Shown here: positions 46,694 through 58,234 of the stretch, piece by piece
Layout: each line of letters opens with the position of its first letter
How positions within the stretch are numbered: the first letter of the stretch is position 1
DNA from: an uncultured delta proteobacterium
GTDB lineage: Bacteria > Myxococcota_A > UBA9160 > SZUA-336
Assembly: GCA_963704165.1 (NCBI GenBank)
Contig: CAVPHD010000010.1
Coordinates: 32,001-96,000 of the forward strand
Reading direction: 5' to 3'
Length of the DNA: 64,000 nt
The notes under the pieces: model-generated
Seen by the model: only the letters and a program-made list of their open reading frames with translations
The model's database searches: none
Told to the model about the DNA's origin: nothing
Translations under genes and position numbers: made by a program

Positions 46694-48955
46694 CTACGCA
46701 CCGCCTGCGCGGGCGGGGCTCTCCCGGGGAATGACCTTCGCGACGCCGCTGAGCGGAAGCGAGCGGATGCGGCGCCCGCTGGCGGCAAAGATCGCATTCG
46801 CGACCGCGGGAGCGATCGGCGGTGTCGCGGGCTCACCCACGCCGGTCGGAGGGGCGTCGCTTTCGATGATCGTCACCTCGATCTCGGGGATCTCGCCGAA
46901 ACCCAGGATCGGATAGTCGTGAAAGCCGCTCTGCTCGACTCGCCCGTCCCTGACCGTGATGCGGCCTCGAAGGGCGGCGCTGAGACCGAAGAGGATGCTT
47001 CCCTCGACCTGCGCGCGGATCGTGTCGGGGTTCAGCGCACGTCCGCAGTCGATCGCACAGAACACGCGGTGGACCTTCGGAACGCCGGCGCCATCGACGC
47101 TGACTTCGGCAACCTGGCAGACCGTCGTTCCGACCATCGCGAACTGCGCGATCCCGAGCGCGCGGCCGGCTCGGGGTGGACGCCCCCAGCCCGAGAGCTC
47201 GGCCGCGCGATCGAGCACGTCGCGGTCGCGGCCCGTGAGCAACGCGCGGCGGAATTCGAACGGATCGCTCGAGGCGGCGTGGGCCAGCTCGTCGATGAAG
47301 CTCTCGAGAAAGAACGCGTTCTGCGAGGCCGGGACCGCGCGCCACCAACCGATGGGCAGCGGGTTCTCGACGAGCGAGTACTCGAGTCTCTGGTTCGGCA
47401 CCCGGTAGTTCAGCGGTGGCGAGCTGCCCGCGACGATCCAATCGATGCCGGATCGCGCGACGTGCGGAAGCCGCCACCAGACGAAGTCCGGCAGATAGCC
47501 CTCGGGGGCGAGTGGCGAGCCGATCCGCTTCTCGGCGCGTCCGATCGCCGCGCGCAGCCAGCTCGGCAGCGCGCGATCCGAGTACGGTCCGGCGACGTGA
47601 TGCACGAACGCTTCGGGTCGTCCCGATGCGTCGAGGGACGCCCGTAGGTGCGCCGCGCAGGCCGGGCGGTAGAAGTCGTGGCGAAGGTCGTCCTCGCGCG
47701 ACCAGATCAACTTGACCGGCCGGGCGACGGCTCGAGACGCGAGCGCCGCCTGCACCGCGTAGTCGGTTTCCGCACGGCGTCCGAACCCTCCACCCATCAG
47801 CGTCGCGTGGACGGTGACATTCTCGGGTTCGATCTCGAGGGCGCGTCCGACATCCTCGCGAATCTGCGAGGGCGCTTGCGTCGGAGCCCAGATCTCGCAG
47901 CGATCGTCGCGGACGCTCGCCGTGCAGTTCATCGGCTCCATGGTCGCGTGCGCGAGATAGGGAACCTCGTAGCGGGCCTCGATCACCGGATTTCCGCGCG
48001 CGAAGACCGATTCCGCGTCTCCGATCTCTCCCGCGACGAGCCCCGGCGTGTCGAGCGCCTCGCGCAGCTCGAGCGAGTACGCGGGCGTGTCGATCGCCGC
48101 TTCGCCGCCGGTGAAGACCGGAGCGAGAACCTCGAGCGCCTTGCGCGCCTGCCAGTAGTGATCGGCGACGACGGCGACACCGCTCGGAATCTCGACGACC
48201 GCGCGAACACCGTCCATTCGGCGCGCCGCCTCGTGCTCGGCGCGCTCGAGCCTGCCCCCGCGCGCCTTCGAGAACGCGGGCGCGGCGTGGAGCATTCCCT
48301 CGATCTTCACGTCGATCCCGAAGATCGCCTCGCCGCGCACCTTGTCGGGAACGTCGAGCCGAGGCAGGTCCGTCCCGAGCAACCGGAACTTCTCCGGCGG
48401 CTTCAGCTCGACCTGGCTCGGCACCGGCCTCGACGCGGCGCGCGCAGCCACCTCGCCGTAGTCGAGCCCGCGCCGAGTCGGCGCGTGCGAGATTCGTCCT
48501 CGGCTCACCGCGCACTCCGAGACCGGCACCGACCAGATGTCGGCAGCGGCTGCGACGAGCATCGCTCGAGCGGCCGCGCCCGCGATGCGAAGCGGTTCAT
48601 AGGCGTCGCGGATGCTCGTACTCGCGCCCGTGATCACGTTTCGAAGCGGTCCGTCGAAGGTCCGGGACTCGACGGCGACCTGGTCCCACTCGACGTCCAG
48701 CTCCTCGGCGACGAGCGCCGCGAGCGTGCTGTGCACGCCCTGCCCCATCTCGGCCTTCTCGACCCAGATCGTGACGCGCCCGTCCTCCGCGACGCGAATC
48801 CAAGACCCGACCGGCGTCGCAAATCCCGCGATCGCCGCGTCCGCGGCTCGCGATGCGCGGGGAACCCCGAGCACCAGACCACCGACGAACGCGGCGCCGG
48901 TGCGCAGGAAGCCCCGTCGGCTGAGATTGACCAGGGACTCAGTCGCGCGACGCAT
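46694..48955 (-). CDS. iorB: isoquinoline 1-oxidoreductase beta-like molybdopterin subunit, Tat-exported
   Basis: SRRGFL twin-arginine motif; [30 protein letters not shown] and GVGEP motifs. Confidence 0.88.
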   Translation of the reverse strand: MRRATESLVNLSRRGFLRTGAAFVGGLVLGVPRASRAADAAIAGFATPVGSWIRVAEDGRVTIWVEKAEMGQGVHSTLAALVAEELDVEWDQVAVESRTFDGPLRNVITGASTSIRDAYEPLRIAGAAARAMLVAAAADIWSVPVSECAVSRGRISHAPTRRGLDYGEVAARAASRPVPSQVELKPPEKFRLLGTDLPRLDVPDKVRGEAIFGIDVKIEGMLHAAPAFSKARGGRLERAEHEAARRMDGVRAVVEIPSGVAVVADHYWQARKALEVLAPVFTGGEAAIDTPAYSLELREALDTPGLVAGEIGDAESVFARGNPVIEARYEVPYLAHATMEPMNCTASVRDDRCEIWAPTQAPSQIREDVGRALEIEPENVTVHATLMGGGFGRRAETDYAVQAALASRAVARPVKLIWSREDDLRHDFYRPACAAHLRASLDASGRPEAFVHHVAGPYSDRALPSWLRAAIGRAEKRIGSPLAPEGYLPDFVWWRLPHVARSGIDWIVAGSSPPLNYRVPNQRLEYSLVENPLPIGWWRAVPASQNAFFLESFIDELAHAASSDPFEFRRALLTGRDRDVLDRAAELSGWGRPPRAGRALGIAQFAMVGTTVCQVAEVSVDGAGVPKVHRVFCAIDCGRALNPDTIRAQVEGSILFGLSAALRGRITVRDGRVEQSGFHDYPILGFGEIPEIEVTIIESDAPPTGVGEPATPPIAPAVANAIFAASGRRIRSLPLSGVAKVIPRESPARAGGA

Positions 48956-49427
48956 CGAGCGGCTCTTCCCCCGCGCCGGGGCGCGAACGCGCGGCGCGAT
49001 GGATCGCGCGCCGGATGCGCGGATACGTCCCACAGCGACACAGATTGGTGATCGCCACATCGATCTGCGCGTCGCTCGGCGTCGGAATCGCGGACAGAAG
49101 CGCCGCGACCGCCATGATCATTCCGGGCTGACAATATCCGCACTGGGGCACCTGCTCGGCGATCCACGCTTCGAAGATCCGCTGGTCGCTTCCCGATGCG
49201 AGACCTTCGATCGTCACGACCTCGGACGACCCGACCGCCGAGATCGGAATCACGCACGAGCGCACGGCCTGGCCGTCGAGGTGCACGGTGCAGGTTCCGC
49301 ACTGGCCGACCCCGCAACCGAACTTGGTTCCGGAGAGACCGAGGTGGTCTCGGATCACCCAGAGCAGCGGCGTGTCGCCGGGGACATCGACGTCGCGCTT
49401 CTCGCCATTGATCACGAGCACGGCCAT
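48939..49427 (-). CDS. iorA: 2Fe-2S subunit (isoquinoline 1-oxidoreductase alpha-like)
   Basis: [24 protein letters not shown] and NLCRCGTY motifs. Confidence 0.92.
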   Translation of the reverse strand: MAVLVINGEKRDVDVPGDTPLLWVIRDHLGLSGTKFGCGVGQCGTCTVHLDGQAVRSCVIPISAVGSSEVVTIEGLASGSDQRIFEAWIAEQVPQCGYCQPGMIMAVAALLSAIPTPSDAQIDVAITNLCRCGTYPRIRRAIHRAARSRPGAGEEPLDASRD

Positions 49428-49696
49428 CTGCGCGCGAGGGTAGCCATCCGACCCACGCTGCGCACCGTGACCGGCTCGTGCTCGGTTGTCCGGGAGTTCG
49501 CGGGAAGTGCTTCGGTGCTCGATCGAGAGTGGCGAGTAAGTCCCGCGCTCCTTCGCCACCACCCAGAGTACCGACGGAGACGGTGCTTGACTTGACCACG
49601 CGACCTGCCGATCGTGTCGAGAGGTGCCAACCCCCTGAATGCGCTCGGAGACGGCCGCCCACGGGCGCGTCCTTGCGATCGAACGGAGCGACTCGG

Positions 49697-50788
49697 ATGA
49701 GATCTCCCACGCCCGCCCGCGTGCTGGTCCTCTCCGACCGGGAGATCGATCCCTCCGTCTCCAGAACCGGGACCTTCGAGTTCGAAGATCTGATCTGCGC
49801 GGTCGATGCCGTCGACGTCGTCCCCTTGGGCCTTCCCGCGGGACGGATTCGGCGCCGACTCGAGCGAATCCTCCCAGGCGCGTTTCGGACCCCGGCGAGG
49901 TTCGCCCGCGCCAGGCCCTACGACCTGCTCTTCGCCTCGTTTCACTCGCTCTCCGAGCTCGCGCGCCTGCATCCGCTCGGCCGCATCCTCGGTCTGGCGC
50001 GACACAGCGCGATCAACATCGACGAGCTCTGGTGCACGTCGCTGCTGCGCCGCACCGGCGATCTCGAGCTGATTCGCCGTTTCGACAGGATCTACTCGCC
50101 CTGTGCCGGCGCACTCGAGCTGCTCCGAAACGCGACCGGTCGCCCCTGCGATCACCTCGCGCCGTCCATCGATGCGATTCGCTTCGCTCCGAGCGCCCGA
50201 CCGCTTCGCCGCGTCATCGACATCCACCTGATGGGTCGCCGACGGCCGGATCTGCATCAAGCGCTCTCCGAGGCCGCCGAGAAGTCGGACCGCTTCTACT
50301 ATTTCGACTCGCTGCGCACGAACCCTCCGATGCCGAACTACGTCGAGCACCGGATGCGCCTCTCCGAACTCGTCCGCAGGACGCGTTACTTCGTCGTCGA
50401 CATCGCGAACTCGGATTTCCCCGAGAAGCGCGGCGACCAGGAAGAGTACGGTCCGCGCTTCGTCGAGGGCGCGGCCGGTGGCGCGATCCTGATCGGCCGC
50501 GCGCCCCGAACGCCGGTCTTCGATGCACAGTTCTGGCCCCACGCGGTGCACGCGATCGAGCCGGATGCCGCGGGGATCGCTCGCGTTCTCGACGAACTCG
50601 ACGCGCAGCCCGAGAAGACCGAGCGCATGCGGCGCGCAAACGTCGTCGGGGTGATGCGACGCCACGACGGTGTGTATCGCTGGGAACAGATCCTGCGCGG
50701 CGCAGGCCTCGAGCCACTGCCGGCCCTGATCGAACGCAAGCGGAGGCTCGATCAGCTCGCCTCCGTCATCGAGAGCGCAGACGAGTGA
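49697..50788 (+). CDS. glycosyltransferase, GT-B (CgeB-like)
   Basis: [18 protein letters not shown] and RHD..YRW features; heads a sugar-modification operon. Confidence 0.6.
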   Translation: MRSPTPARVLVLSDREIDPSVSRTGTFEFEDLICAVDAVDVVPLGLPAGRIRRRLERILPGAFRTPARFARARPYDLLFASFHSLSELARLHPLGRILGLARHSAINIDELWCTSLLRRTGDLELIRRFDRIYSPCAGALELLRNATGRPCDHLAPSIDAIRFAPSARPLRRVIDIHLMGRRRPDLHQALSEAAEKSDRFYYFDSLRTNPPMPNYVEHRMRLSELVRRTRYFVVDIANSDFPEKRGDQEEYGPRFVEGAAGGAILIGRAPRTPVFDAQFWPHAVHAIEPDAAGIARVLDELDAQPEKTERMRRANVVGVMRRHDGVYRWEQILRGAGLEPLPALIERKRRLDQLASVIESADE

Positions 50789-50828
50789 GTTCGCGCGGCA
50801 TCGCGGCACGACGAAGCGGGAGACACGC

Positions 50829-51482
50829 GTGCGCAGGCTGAACCTCGGCTCCGGCGAAGGCGCCGCGCTGCGGATCCTCTGCCTCGGCGCGCACAGCGAC
50901 GACATCGAGCTCGGCTGCGGCGGAGCGATCCTGACCCTGCTCGCTTCGCACCCGGGAAGCGTGGTCCGCTGGGTGGTGTTCAGCGGCGACGACACGCGGG
51001 CCGCCGAGGCCCGGGCGAGCGCTTCGGACTTCCTCGCATCCGCCGGCGAGCGCGACGTCCGAACGCTCGACTTTCGCGAGTCCTTCTTCCCGTACGACGG
51101 CGCGCCGATCAAGTCGGCCGTCGAGTCTTTGAAGGACTTCGCGCCCGACCTGATCTTCACGCACCGGGGCGAGGACCGTCACCAGGATCACCGCCTGATC
51201 GCGGAGCTGACCTGGAACAGCTTTCGCGACCACCTGATCCTCGAGTACGAGATTCCCAAGTACGATGCGGACCTGCGCAGTCCACAAGTCTTCGTTCCGC
51301 TCGAAGCTTCCGTGTGTCGGGAGAAGTGCCGGTTGATCCGCAAGCACTTCGCGTCTCAATCGACCCGGACCTGGTTCGACGAAGAGATCTTCCTCGGGCT
51401 GATGCGGATCCGCGGCATGGAGTGCCGATCGAGCTCCGGATATGCCGAGGCCTTCGACGCGCGTAAGCTGGTGCTCGGTTAG
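50829..51482 (+). CDS. PIG-L family deacetylase
   Basis: GAHSDDIELGCGG, DRHQDH and HFASQ motifs. Confidence 0.88.
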   Translation: MRRLNLGSGEGAALRILCLGAHSDDIELGCGGAILTLLASHPGSVVRWVVFSGDDTRAAEARASASDFLASAGERDVRTLDFRESFFPYDGAPIKSAVESLKDFAPDLIFTHRGEDRHQDHRLIAELTWNSFRDHLILEYEIPKYDADLRSPQVFVPLEASVCREKCRLIRKHFASQSTRTWFDEEIFLGLMRIRGMECRSSSGYAEAFDARKLVLG

Positions 51483-51486
51483 GGAG

Positions 51487-52774
51487 ATGGACGTGGCGCC
51501 CTCCGGGTCTCCGACGACGACCGATGCGCAGCCTCCGTGCCGCCTCTGCGGCGCGAAGCTCGCACACGTCGCCTTGGATCTGGGCATGTCGCCGCTCTGC
51601 CAGACCCAGATCCAGCCGGACCAGCTCGACCGGAGCGAGGAATTCTTCCCGCTTCGCGTACGCGTCTGCGATCGCTGCTTCCTCGTCCAGCTCGCGGAGT
51701 CGGTCAGTCCACAGCGGCTGTTCCACGACTACCCGTATTTCTCCTCGTACGTCGATGCGCTGGTCGAGTCGGGGCGACGCTATTGCGAGGCGATGACCGA
51801 TCGCTTCCGTCTCGGGAAGCACAGCCGCGTGGTCGAGGTCGCGAGCAACGACGGCTACCTGCTCCAGCACTTCGTCGCGCGCGGGATTCCCGTCGCTCGG
51901 CATCGAGCCGGCGGCCAACGTCGCGGCCGCCGCGATCGCGCGCGGCGTGCCGACGCATGTCGGCGTTCTTCGGCCGCCAGACGGCGCAGCGACATCGCCG
52001 CGCGCGGACGGACGCGCCGACCTGCTGCTCGGGAACAACGTCTTCGCCCACGTGCCCGACCTGAACGACTTCGTGGCCGGACTGAAGATCCTGCTCGCCG
52101 AACGCGGCGTGATCACGCTCGAGTTCCCGCACCTGCTGACGCTGCTCGAAGGCAACCAGTTCGACACGATCTACCACGAGCACTTCTCGTACTTCTCGTT
52201 CACGACCGCCGAGCGCGCCCTGGCCGCTCACGGGCTGACCGTCTTCGACGTCGAGGAGATCCCGAATCACGGCGGCTCGCTGCGCATCTACGCGCGACAC
52301 GCCGAGGACGAGTCCCGGCCGTCGAGCGCCGCCGTCGGCGCGCTCCGTTCTCGCGAGCGCGCGGCCGGGCTCCAGAGCGTCGAGCGCTACCGCGCCTTCG
52401 GACAGCAGGTTCACGCGACCAAGTTCGCGCTGCTCGACACGCTGATCGGGCTCAAGCGCGCGGGCAAGTCGATCGTCGGCTACGGGGCCGCCGGCAAGAG
52501 CGTGACGCTCCTGAACTACTGCGGAATCCGGACCGACTTCCTCGACTACTGCGTCGATCGCAACCCGGCCAAGCAGGGCACGTTTCTCGCGGGCGTTCGG
52601 ATTCCGATCTACGCGCCCGAGCGGATCGCAGAGACGCGACCCGACTACGTGCTGATCCTGCCCTGGAACCTGCGCGACGAGGTGATCCGCTACACCGCTG
52701 GCATTCGCGAGTGGGGAGGACGCTGGATCGTGCCGATCCCGAAGCTCGAGATCGTGGATTCGGGCACGCGATGA
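51487..52774 (+). CDS. SAM-dependent sugar C-methyltransferase family protein, frameshifts at about 51895-52015
   Basis: CRLC..CDRC zinc site, YPYFSS, EVASNDGYLL, NNVFAHVPD, FDTIYHEHFSYF, HGGSLR and ILPWN motifs; the middle needs about four single-base removals. Confidence 0.85.
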
Positions 52775-53884
52775 AGAACGCGAACGACGTGGTGGAAGCC
52801 GATCTCGCGGAGCTGCGGCAGGCGCTCTCGCGCGAGCTGCCAGAGCTCGCGGGCAAGCACGTGCTGATCGTCGGGGGCGCGGGCTTTCTCGGCTACTACC
52901 TGGTCCAGACGCTGACCTCGGCGAATCGCGTCGGCGCCGTCGCGCCGAAGATCCGCGTGACGGTCTGGGACAGCTACGCGCGCGGACTGCCCGACTGGCT
53001 GGCCGCGCTCGAGGGCGATCCGATGCTCACGCTCGAAAAGCGCGACATCACCGATCCGATCGGCCCGAACGTCGGTGACTTCGACTACGTCGTGCACGCG
53101 GCATCGATCGCCTCGCCGACCTACTACAAGCGCTGTCCGATCGAGACCATGGACGCGAACGTGAACGGGCTGCGCAACCTGCTCGAGTACGCGCGCCGGC
53201 AGGCCGACGCGTCGCGACCGCTCGCGGGATTTCTGTTCTTCTCCTCGAGCGAGATCTACGGAGACCCGCCCGCGGACGCGATCCCGACGCCCGAGACCTA
53301 CCGCGGCAACGTCTCGTGCACGGGGCCACGCGCCTGCTACGACGAGTCGAAGCGCTTCGGCGAGACGCTCTGCGTGAACTTCGCGCAGCAGCACGGCGTA
53401 CGGGTGGCGATGGCCCGGCCGTTCAACAACATCGGGCCGGGGCTGAAGATCAGCGATCGCCGCGTCCTGCCCGACTTCGCGCGGGACGTGCTCGCGGGTC
53501 GCCCGATCGAGATGCTCTCCGACGGCGGACCGCGCCGCACCTACTGCTACGTCGGCGACGCGATCGCCGGCTACTACAAGATCCTCGTCCGCGGCCGCCC
53601 CGGGGAGCCCTACAACATCGGCGTCGAGTCCCCCGAGATCTCGGTGACCGAGCTCGCGGAGCGCGTCTCGCGCATCGCAGCCGAGCTCTTCGGCTACGCG
53701 GGGGGCGTGATCCGGTCGCACTCGTCCGACTCGACCTACCTCGAAGACAATCCCGCCCGACGCTGTCCGACGATCGCCAAGGCGCGAACCGAGCTCGGCT
53801 ACGCGCCGAGCGTGACGCTCGACGACGCCCTGCGCCGCTCGCTGCTCTGGTACCGCGATCACCCGAGCGCGGGAGACCGAGTGA
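52771..53884 (+). CDS. NAD-dependent epimerase/dehydratase (UDP-glucuronate decarboxylase-like)
   Basis: GGAGFLG, HAASIASP, SSSEIYGDP, GPRACYDESKR and RPFN motifs. As given it reads through into ugd; the likely true stop is TGA 53882-53884. Confidence 0.8.
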
Positions 53885-55218
53885 TGCGCGTCTCGATCGT
53901 CGGCGCCGGCTACGTCGGCCTCGTGACCGCTGCGTGCCTCGCCGAGAAGGGGCACGACCTCGTCTGCGTCGACCTCGACCGCGAGCGCGTCGCGCAGATC
54001 AACCGCGGCGAGTCGCCCATCTTCGAGCGCGGTCTAGCCGAGCTGCTCGCGAAGCACGCGGGGAAGAGGCTCGTCGCCAGCACCGATCTGCGCGAAGCCG
54101 TCGAGCGAACCGAGCTCTCGCTGATCGCCGTCGGAACGCCGTTCGACGGCCGCGCGATCGATCTGCGCGGAGTCGAGCGCGCCGCGCGCGAGCTCGGCGA
54201 AGCGATCCGCGAGAAGACCGAGCCCCACATCGTCGTCGTCAAGAGCACGGTCGTACCGGGCACGACCGACTCGGTGATTCGCAGCGCTCTCGAGTCGGGC
54301 TCGGGCAAGCGCGCCGGAGCCGATTTCGGTCTCGGCGTGAACCCGGAGTTCCTGACCGAAGGCGAAGCCGTCTCCGATTTCATGGAGCCGGACCGCATCG
54401 TGATCGGGGCCTCCGACGAGCGGACGCGCGACGCGCTCACCCGGCTCTACGCGGGCTTCGCGGGCGTCGATGTCGTGCACACGAACAACTCGACGGCCGA
54501 GATGATCAAGTACGCCTCGAACGCGCTGCTCGCGACGCTGATCTCGTTCTCCAACGAGCTCGCGAACCTCGGCGCGGAGATCGGGGGCATCGACACCGTC
54601 GACGTGAGCCGCGGCCTGCGCACGAGCCGCTACCTCGCCTGCGCACAGCCCGATGGCGAGACGAGCGTCGCCCCGATCTTCTCGTTCCTGCTCGCGGGCT
54701 GCGGCTTCGGCGGCAGCTGTCTGCCGAAGGACGTCGCCGCGCTGCACGCGGAGGGACGCAGGCGCGGTCTGCCGATGGCGGTCCTCGATGCGGTTCTGCG
54801 CGTCAACGCCGCGCAGCCGAGCGAGGTGATCCGCAGGATCGAGAAGCACTTCCCCGATCTCACGGGGAAGCGCGTGTCCGTCCTCGGGCTCGCGTTCCGC
54901 CCGGATACGGACGACCTGCGCGAATCACCCGCCATCCCGATCGTGCGCGAGCTCGTCGCCCGCGGCGCGCGCGTCCGCGGGTACGACCCACGAGCGTCGG
55001 AGAACGCGGCCAGGATCTTCGGGAGCCAGCTCGAGCTCTGTTCTTCGCTCGAAGAGGCGCTCGTCGGCTGCGAGGCCGCAGTGCTCGTGACCCGCTGGCG
55101 CGAGTTCGATGCGATCCCGGACCTGATCGCCTCCCTGAACCCGGACGTGGTCTTCGTCGATGGTCGCCGCATGCTCCCGAAGGATCGGATCGCGAATTAC
55201 GAGGGGATCGGCACGTGA
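53884..55218 (+). CDS. ugd: UDP-glucose/GDP-mannose 6-dehydrogenase
   Basis: GAGYVG, IAVGTP, KSTV, NPEFL, AEMIKY, GFGGSCLPKD and DDLRESP motifs. Confidence 0.9.
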   Translation: MRVSIVGAGYVGLVTAACLAEKGHDLVCVDLDRERVAQINRGESPIFERGLAELLAKHAGKRLVASTDLREAVERTELSLIAVGTPFDGRAIDLRGVERAARELGEAIREKTEPHIVVVKSTVVPGTTDSVIRSALESGSGKRAGADFGLGVNPEFLTEGEAVSDFMEPDRIVIGASDERTRDALTRLYAGFAGVDVVHTNNSTAEMIKYASNALLATLISFSNELANLGAEIGGIDTVDVSRGLRTSRYLACAQPDGETSVAPIFSFLLAGCGFGGSCLPKDVAALHAEGRRRGLPMAVLDAVLRVNAAQPSEVIRRIEKHFPDLTGKRVSVLGLAFRPDTDDLRESPAIPIVRELVARGARVRGYDPRASENAARIFGSQLELCSSLEEALVGCEAAVLVTRWREFDAIPDLIASLNPDVVFVDGRRMLPKDRIANYEGIGT

Positions 55219-56528
55219 GGCCCTTCGCCCTCGATCACCTCGGATCACGCGTGTGCACCGACGACGCGGGAAAGACGATGCACGAGCTGATCCGGGAGCT
55301 CTATCCGCTGTGCCGGAGCGTGACCGGCGACGGCGTGCGCGAGACGCTGCGCATCGTCGGCCGGGGCCTGCCGCTCGAGATCCACGAAGTTCCGAGCGGA
55401 ACGCAGGTGCTCGACTGGGTGGTTCCGCAGGAGTGGAACGTCCGCGAGGCGTGGCTTCGGGACCCGGACGGAAAGACGATCGCCGATCTCCGCGATTCCA
55501 ATCTCCACGTCGTCGGGTACAGCACGCCGATCCGCGCGCGGCTCTCGCTCGAAGAGCTGCGCCCGCACCTGCACTCGCTTCCCGACCATCCCGACTGGAT
55601 CCCGTACCGGAGCTCCGTCTATCGGCCGGACTGGGGGTTCTGTCTGCCGCATCGGAGCCTCGAGAGACTCACTCCGGGGGAATACGAGCTGCGGATCGAC
55701 TCGACGCTCGAAGACGGCAGCCTGAGCTACGGCGAGGTGGTTCTGCCGGGTGAGTCCAGTGAAGAGGTGCTGCTCTCGAGTCACGTCTGCCATCCGTCGC
55801 TGTGCAACGACAACCTCTCGGGTATCGCCCTGCTCACGCTTCTCGGTCGCTACCTGGCCGACATCAGGCATCGCTACACGTATCGATTGCTCTTCGCGCC
55901 GGTGACGATCGGCGCGATCAGTTGGCTCGCGAGAAACGAGAGCGCGCTGCGGCGCATCCGCCACGGGCTCGTGGTGACGCTCGTCGGCGACTCCGGTCCG
56001 ATCACCTACAAACGGAGCCGGCGCGGCGACGCGCCGATCGACCGCGCCTTCGCCCACGTGCTCGCGCGCCACGGCCCGCACGAGATTCGCGACTTCGATC
56101 CGCTCGGGTACGACGAGCGCCAGTTCTGCTCGCCGGGATTCGATCTGCCGGTGGGCTGCCTGATGCGCACGCCGCACGGTGAGTTCCCGGAGTACCACAG
56201 CTCGGCCGACGACCTCGACTTCGTGAAGCCGAGCGCGCTCCAGGACTCGCTCGTGGCGCTGCTCGGCGTGCTCGACGTGCTCGAACACGAACGCCGCTAT
56301 CGGAACCTGGCGCCCCGCGGCGAGCCGCAGCTCGGTCGCCGGGGCGTGCTCGGTCCGGGTGCGTTCGGCGGCCCGCTCCAGCGCGCCATGGCGTGGGTGC
56401 TCAATCTCTCCGATGGTCACAACAGCCTGCTCGACATCGCGGAACGCTCGCGGCTCCCGTTCGCGACGCTTCACGAGGCCGCGAGCGCGCTGTCCTCACA
56501 CGGTCTGCTCGAGCCGATCGATGGGTGA
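55215..56528 (+). CDS. DUF4910 aminopeptidase-like polysaccharide biosynthesis protein with C-terminal winged helix
   Basis: LYPLCRSVTGDGVRETL, HLHSLP..PDWIPY, HVCHPSLCNDNLSG, DERQFCSPG, EYHSSAD and WVLNLSDG motifs. Confidence 0.8.
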   Translation: MRPFALDHLGSRVCTDDAGKTMHELIRELYPLCRSVTGDGVRETLRIVGRGLPLEIHEVPSGTQVLDWVVPQEWNVREAWLRDPDGKTIADLRDSNLHVVGYSTPIRARLSLEELRPHLHSLPDHPDWIPYRSSVYRPDWGFCLPHRSLERLTPGEYELRIDSTLEDGSLSYGEVVLPGESSEEVLLSSHVCHPSLCNDNLSGIALLTLLGRYLADIRHRYTYRLLFAPVTIGAISWLARNESALRRIRHGLVVTLVGDSGPITYKRSRRGDAPIDRAFAHVLARHGPHEIRDFDPLGYDERQFCSPGFDLPVGCLMRTPHGEFPEYHSSADDLDFVKPSALQDSLVALLGVLDVLEHERRYRNLAPRGEPQLGRRGVLGPGAFGGPLQRAMAWVLNLSDGHNSLLDIAERSRLPFATLHEAASALSSHGLLEPIDG

Positions 56529-56534
56529 ACTCGA

Positions 56535-57344
56535 ATGAAAGTCGTCCTCTTCTGCGGTGGATTCGGTTTGCGACTCCGGGGCCTCGCCGAGAACGTGCCG
56601 AAGCCGATGGTCTCGATCGGGTATCGCCCGGTCCTCTGGCACGTGATGAAGTACTACGCCCACTACGGACACACCGACTTCATCCTCTGCCTCGGCTACA
56701 AGGCCGATGCGATCAAAGAGTTCTTCCTGAACTACGACGAGTGCATCTCGAACGACTTCGTGCTCTCGGGCGGTGAGAACCGGATCGAGCTCCTGCACCG
56801 CGACATCGACAATTGGCGCATCACGTTCTGCGACACGGGGCTCACCGCCACGATCGGCGAGCGCCTTCGCGCCGTGCGCAAGCATCTCGAGGGCGAGGAG
56901 TTTTTCTTCGCCAACTACTCCGACGGTCTGTCCGATCTGCCGCTGGACGATTTCAGCCGGCGCTTCGTCGCGAGCGGAAAGACCGGATCGTTCGTCCTGG
57001 TCCGACCCACCCACAGCTTCCACGTCGTCTCGACGCGCGAGAACGATCTGGTCTCGAGCATCACCGACCTCGGTGTCTCCGACATCCGGATCAACGGCGG
57101 ATACTTCATGTTCCGCCGCGACATCTTCGACTACATCCGTCCGGGTGAAGAGCTCGTTCACGAGCCCTTCCAGCGCCTGATCGCGGCGGAGCAGCTGGTC
57201 GCCTACGAGCACTCGGGGTTCTGGACCTGCATGGACACGTTCAAGGATCAGCAGCGCCTCGAGGATCTCTTCGCCTCCGGAGGAGCGCCCTGGGCGCTCT
57301 GGCGGGAGAAAGGCTCCGATCGAGGTGGCGGCGAGACCCCGTGA
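56535..57344 (+). CDS. rfbF: glucose-1-phosphate cytidylyltransferase-like nucleotidyltransferase
   Basis: FCGGFGLRL, PKPMV, CLGYK, INGGY and GFWTCMDTFKD motifs. Confidence 0.85.
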   Translation: MKVVLFCGGFGLRLRGLAENVPKPMVSIGYRPVLWHVMKYYAHYGHTDFILCLGYKADAIKEFFLNYDECISNDFVLSGGENRIELLHRDIDNWRITFCDTGLTATIGERLRAVRKHLEGEEFFFANYSDGLSDLPLDDFSRRFVASGKTGSFVLVRPTHSFHVVSTRENDLVSSITDLGVSDIRINGGYFMFRRDIFDYIRPGEELVHEPFQRLIAAEQLVAYEHSGFWTCMDTFKDQQRLEDLFASGGAPWALWREKGSDRGGGETP

Positions 57345-58234
57345 CGGTGTCGGTCGTCATCCCCTGCTACAACGGGGCACGCTACCTGCGCGAGGGGATC
57401 GAGAGCGTCTTCGAGCAGACGCGGCCACCCGAGCAGGTGATCGTCGTCGATGACGGATCGACCGACGACTCGGCCGAGATCGCCGCGAGCATCGCGTGCG
57501 TACAGGTGATCCGACAGCCGAATCGCGGAGCGTGCCTGGCGCGCAACGCCGGCCTGGCGAGAGCGACGGGCGAGTTCGTGGTCTTTCACGATGCCGACGA
57601 CCGCCTGCTTCCGCACGCGCTCGAGATCGGACTCGACGCGCACGCATCCCACCCCGGCTGCGCGTTCGTGTTCGGCTTCAATCGCACGATCCTCGCCGAT
57701 GGAAGCGCAAAGGCCGAGCCAGCGCGCGCTCCCGTGAACGACGCCAGCTACCTGCGCACCCTCGAGGGCGAGACGCTCGTCCCGCCGGGTGCCGCGATGT
57801 TCAGACGGCTCGCGGTCGAGGCGGTCGGCGGCTTTCGCGACGGGACGTTTCCGACCGAGGACTACGATCTCTATCTGCGGATCAGCCGCGAAGCGCCGAT
57901 CCGCTGTCACAATCAGGTCGTGGCCGAGTACCGCGCGCATGGCGGGAACGCGACCAGCGGTGGCTCCGTGCGAACCCTGCGTTCGGTGCTCCGCGTGCTC
58001 GAGGATCAGCGGGACTTCGTCCGCGGCCGATCCGAGCTCGAGCAGGCGCTCGAGCGCGGACGGCGTCACTGGGGTCGGGTCTTCGGTCCGCGCATCGCGT
58101 TCGAGGCCGTCGAGCAGCTCCGGCGCGGGCGGCTGACGCGATCACTCGATGCGCTCGCGCTCTCGCTGCGTTGGCACCCGCGGGGTCTGCTCGACGTGGT
58201 TCGCCACCTCGCCCGGCGCCGGGCGAACGGATGA
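57341..58234 (+). CDS. GT2 glycosyltransferase
   Basis: SVVIPCYN, VDDGSTD, ARNAG, DADD and EDYDL motifs. Confidence 0.9.
   Translation: MTVSVVIPCYNGARYLREGIESVFEQTRPPEQVIVVDDGSTDDSAEIAASIACVQVIRQPNRGACLARNAGLARATGEFVVFHDADDRLLPHALEIGLDAHASHPGCAFVFGFNRTILADGSAKAEPARAPVNDASYLRTLEGETLVPPGAAMFRRLAVEAVGGFRDGTFPTEDYDLYLRISREAPIRCHNQVVAEYRAHGGNATSGGSVRTLRSVLRVLEDQRDFVRGRSELEQALERGRRHWGRVFGPRIAFEAVEQLRRGRLTRSLDALALSLRWHPRGLLDVVRHLARRRANG

Noticed and set aside
51442..55218. 1258-aa ORF suggesting a methyltransferase-epimerase-dehydrogenase megaprotein
   Set aside because: The middle is out-of-frame sequence caused by indels; separate starts and overlaps exist at 52771 and 53884.
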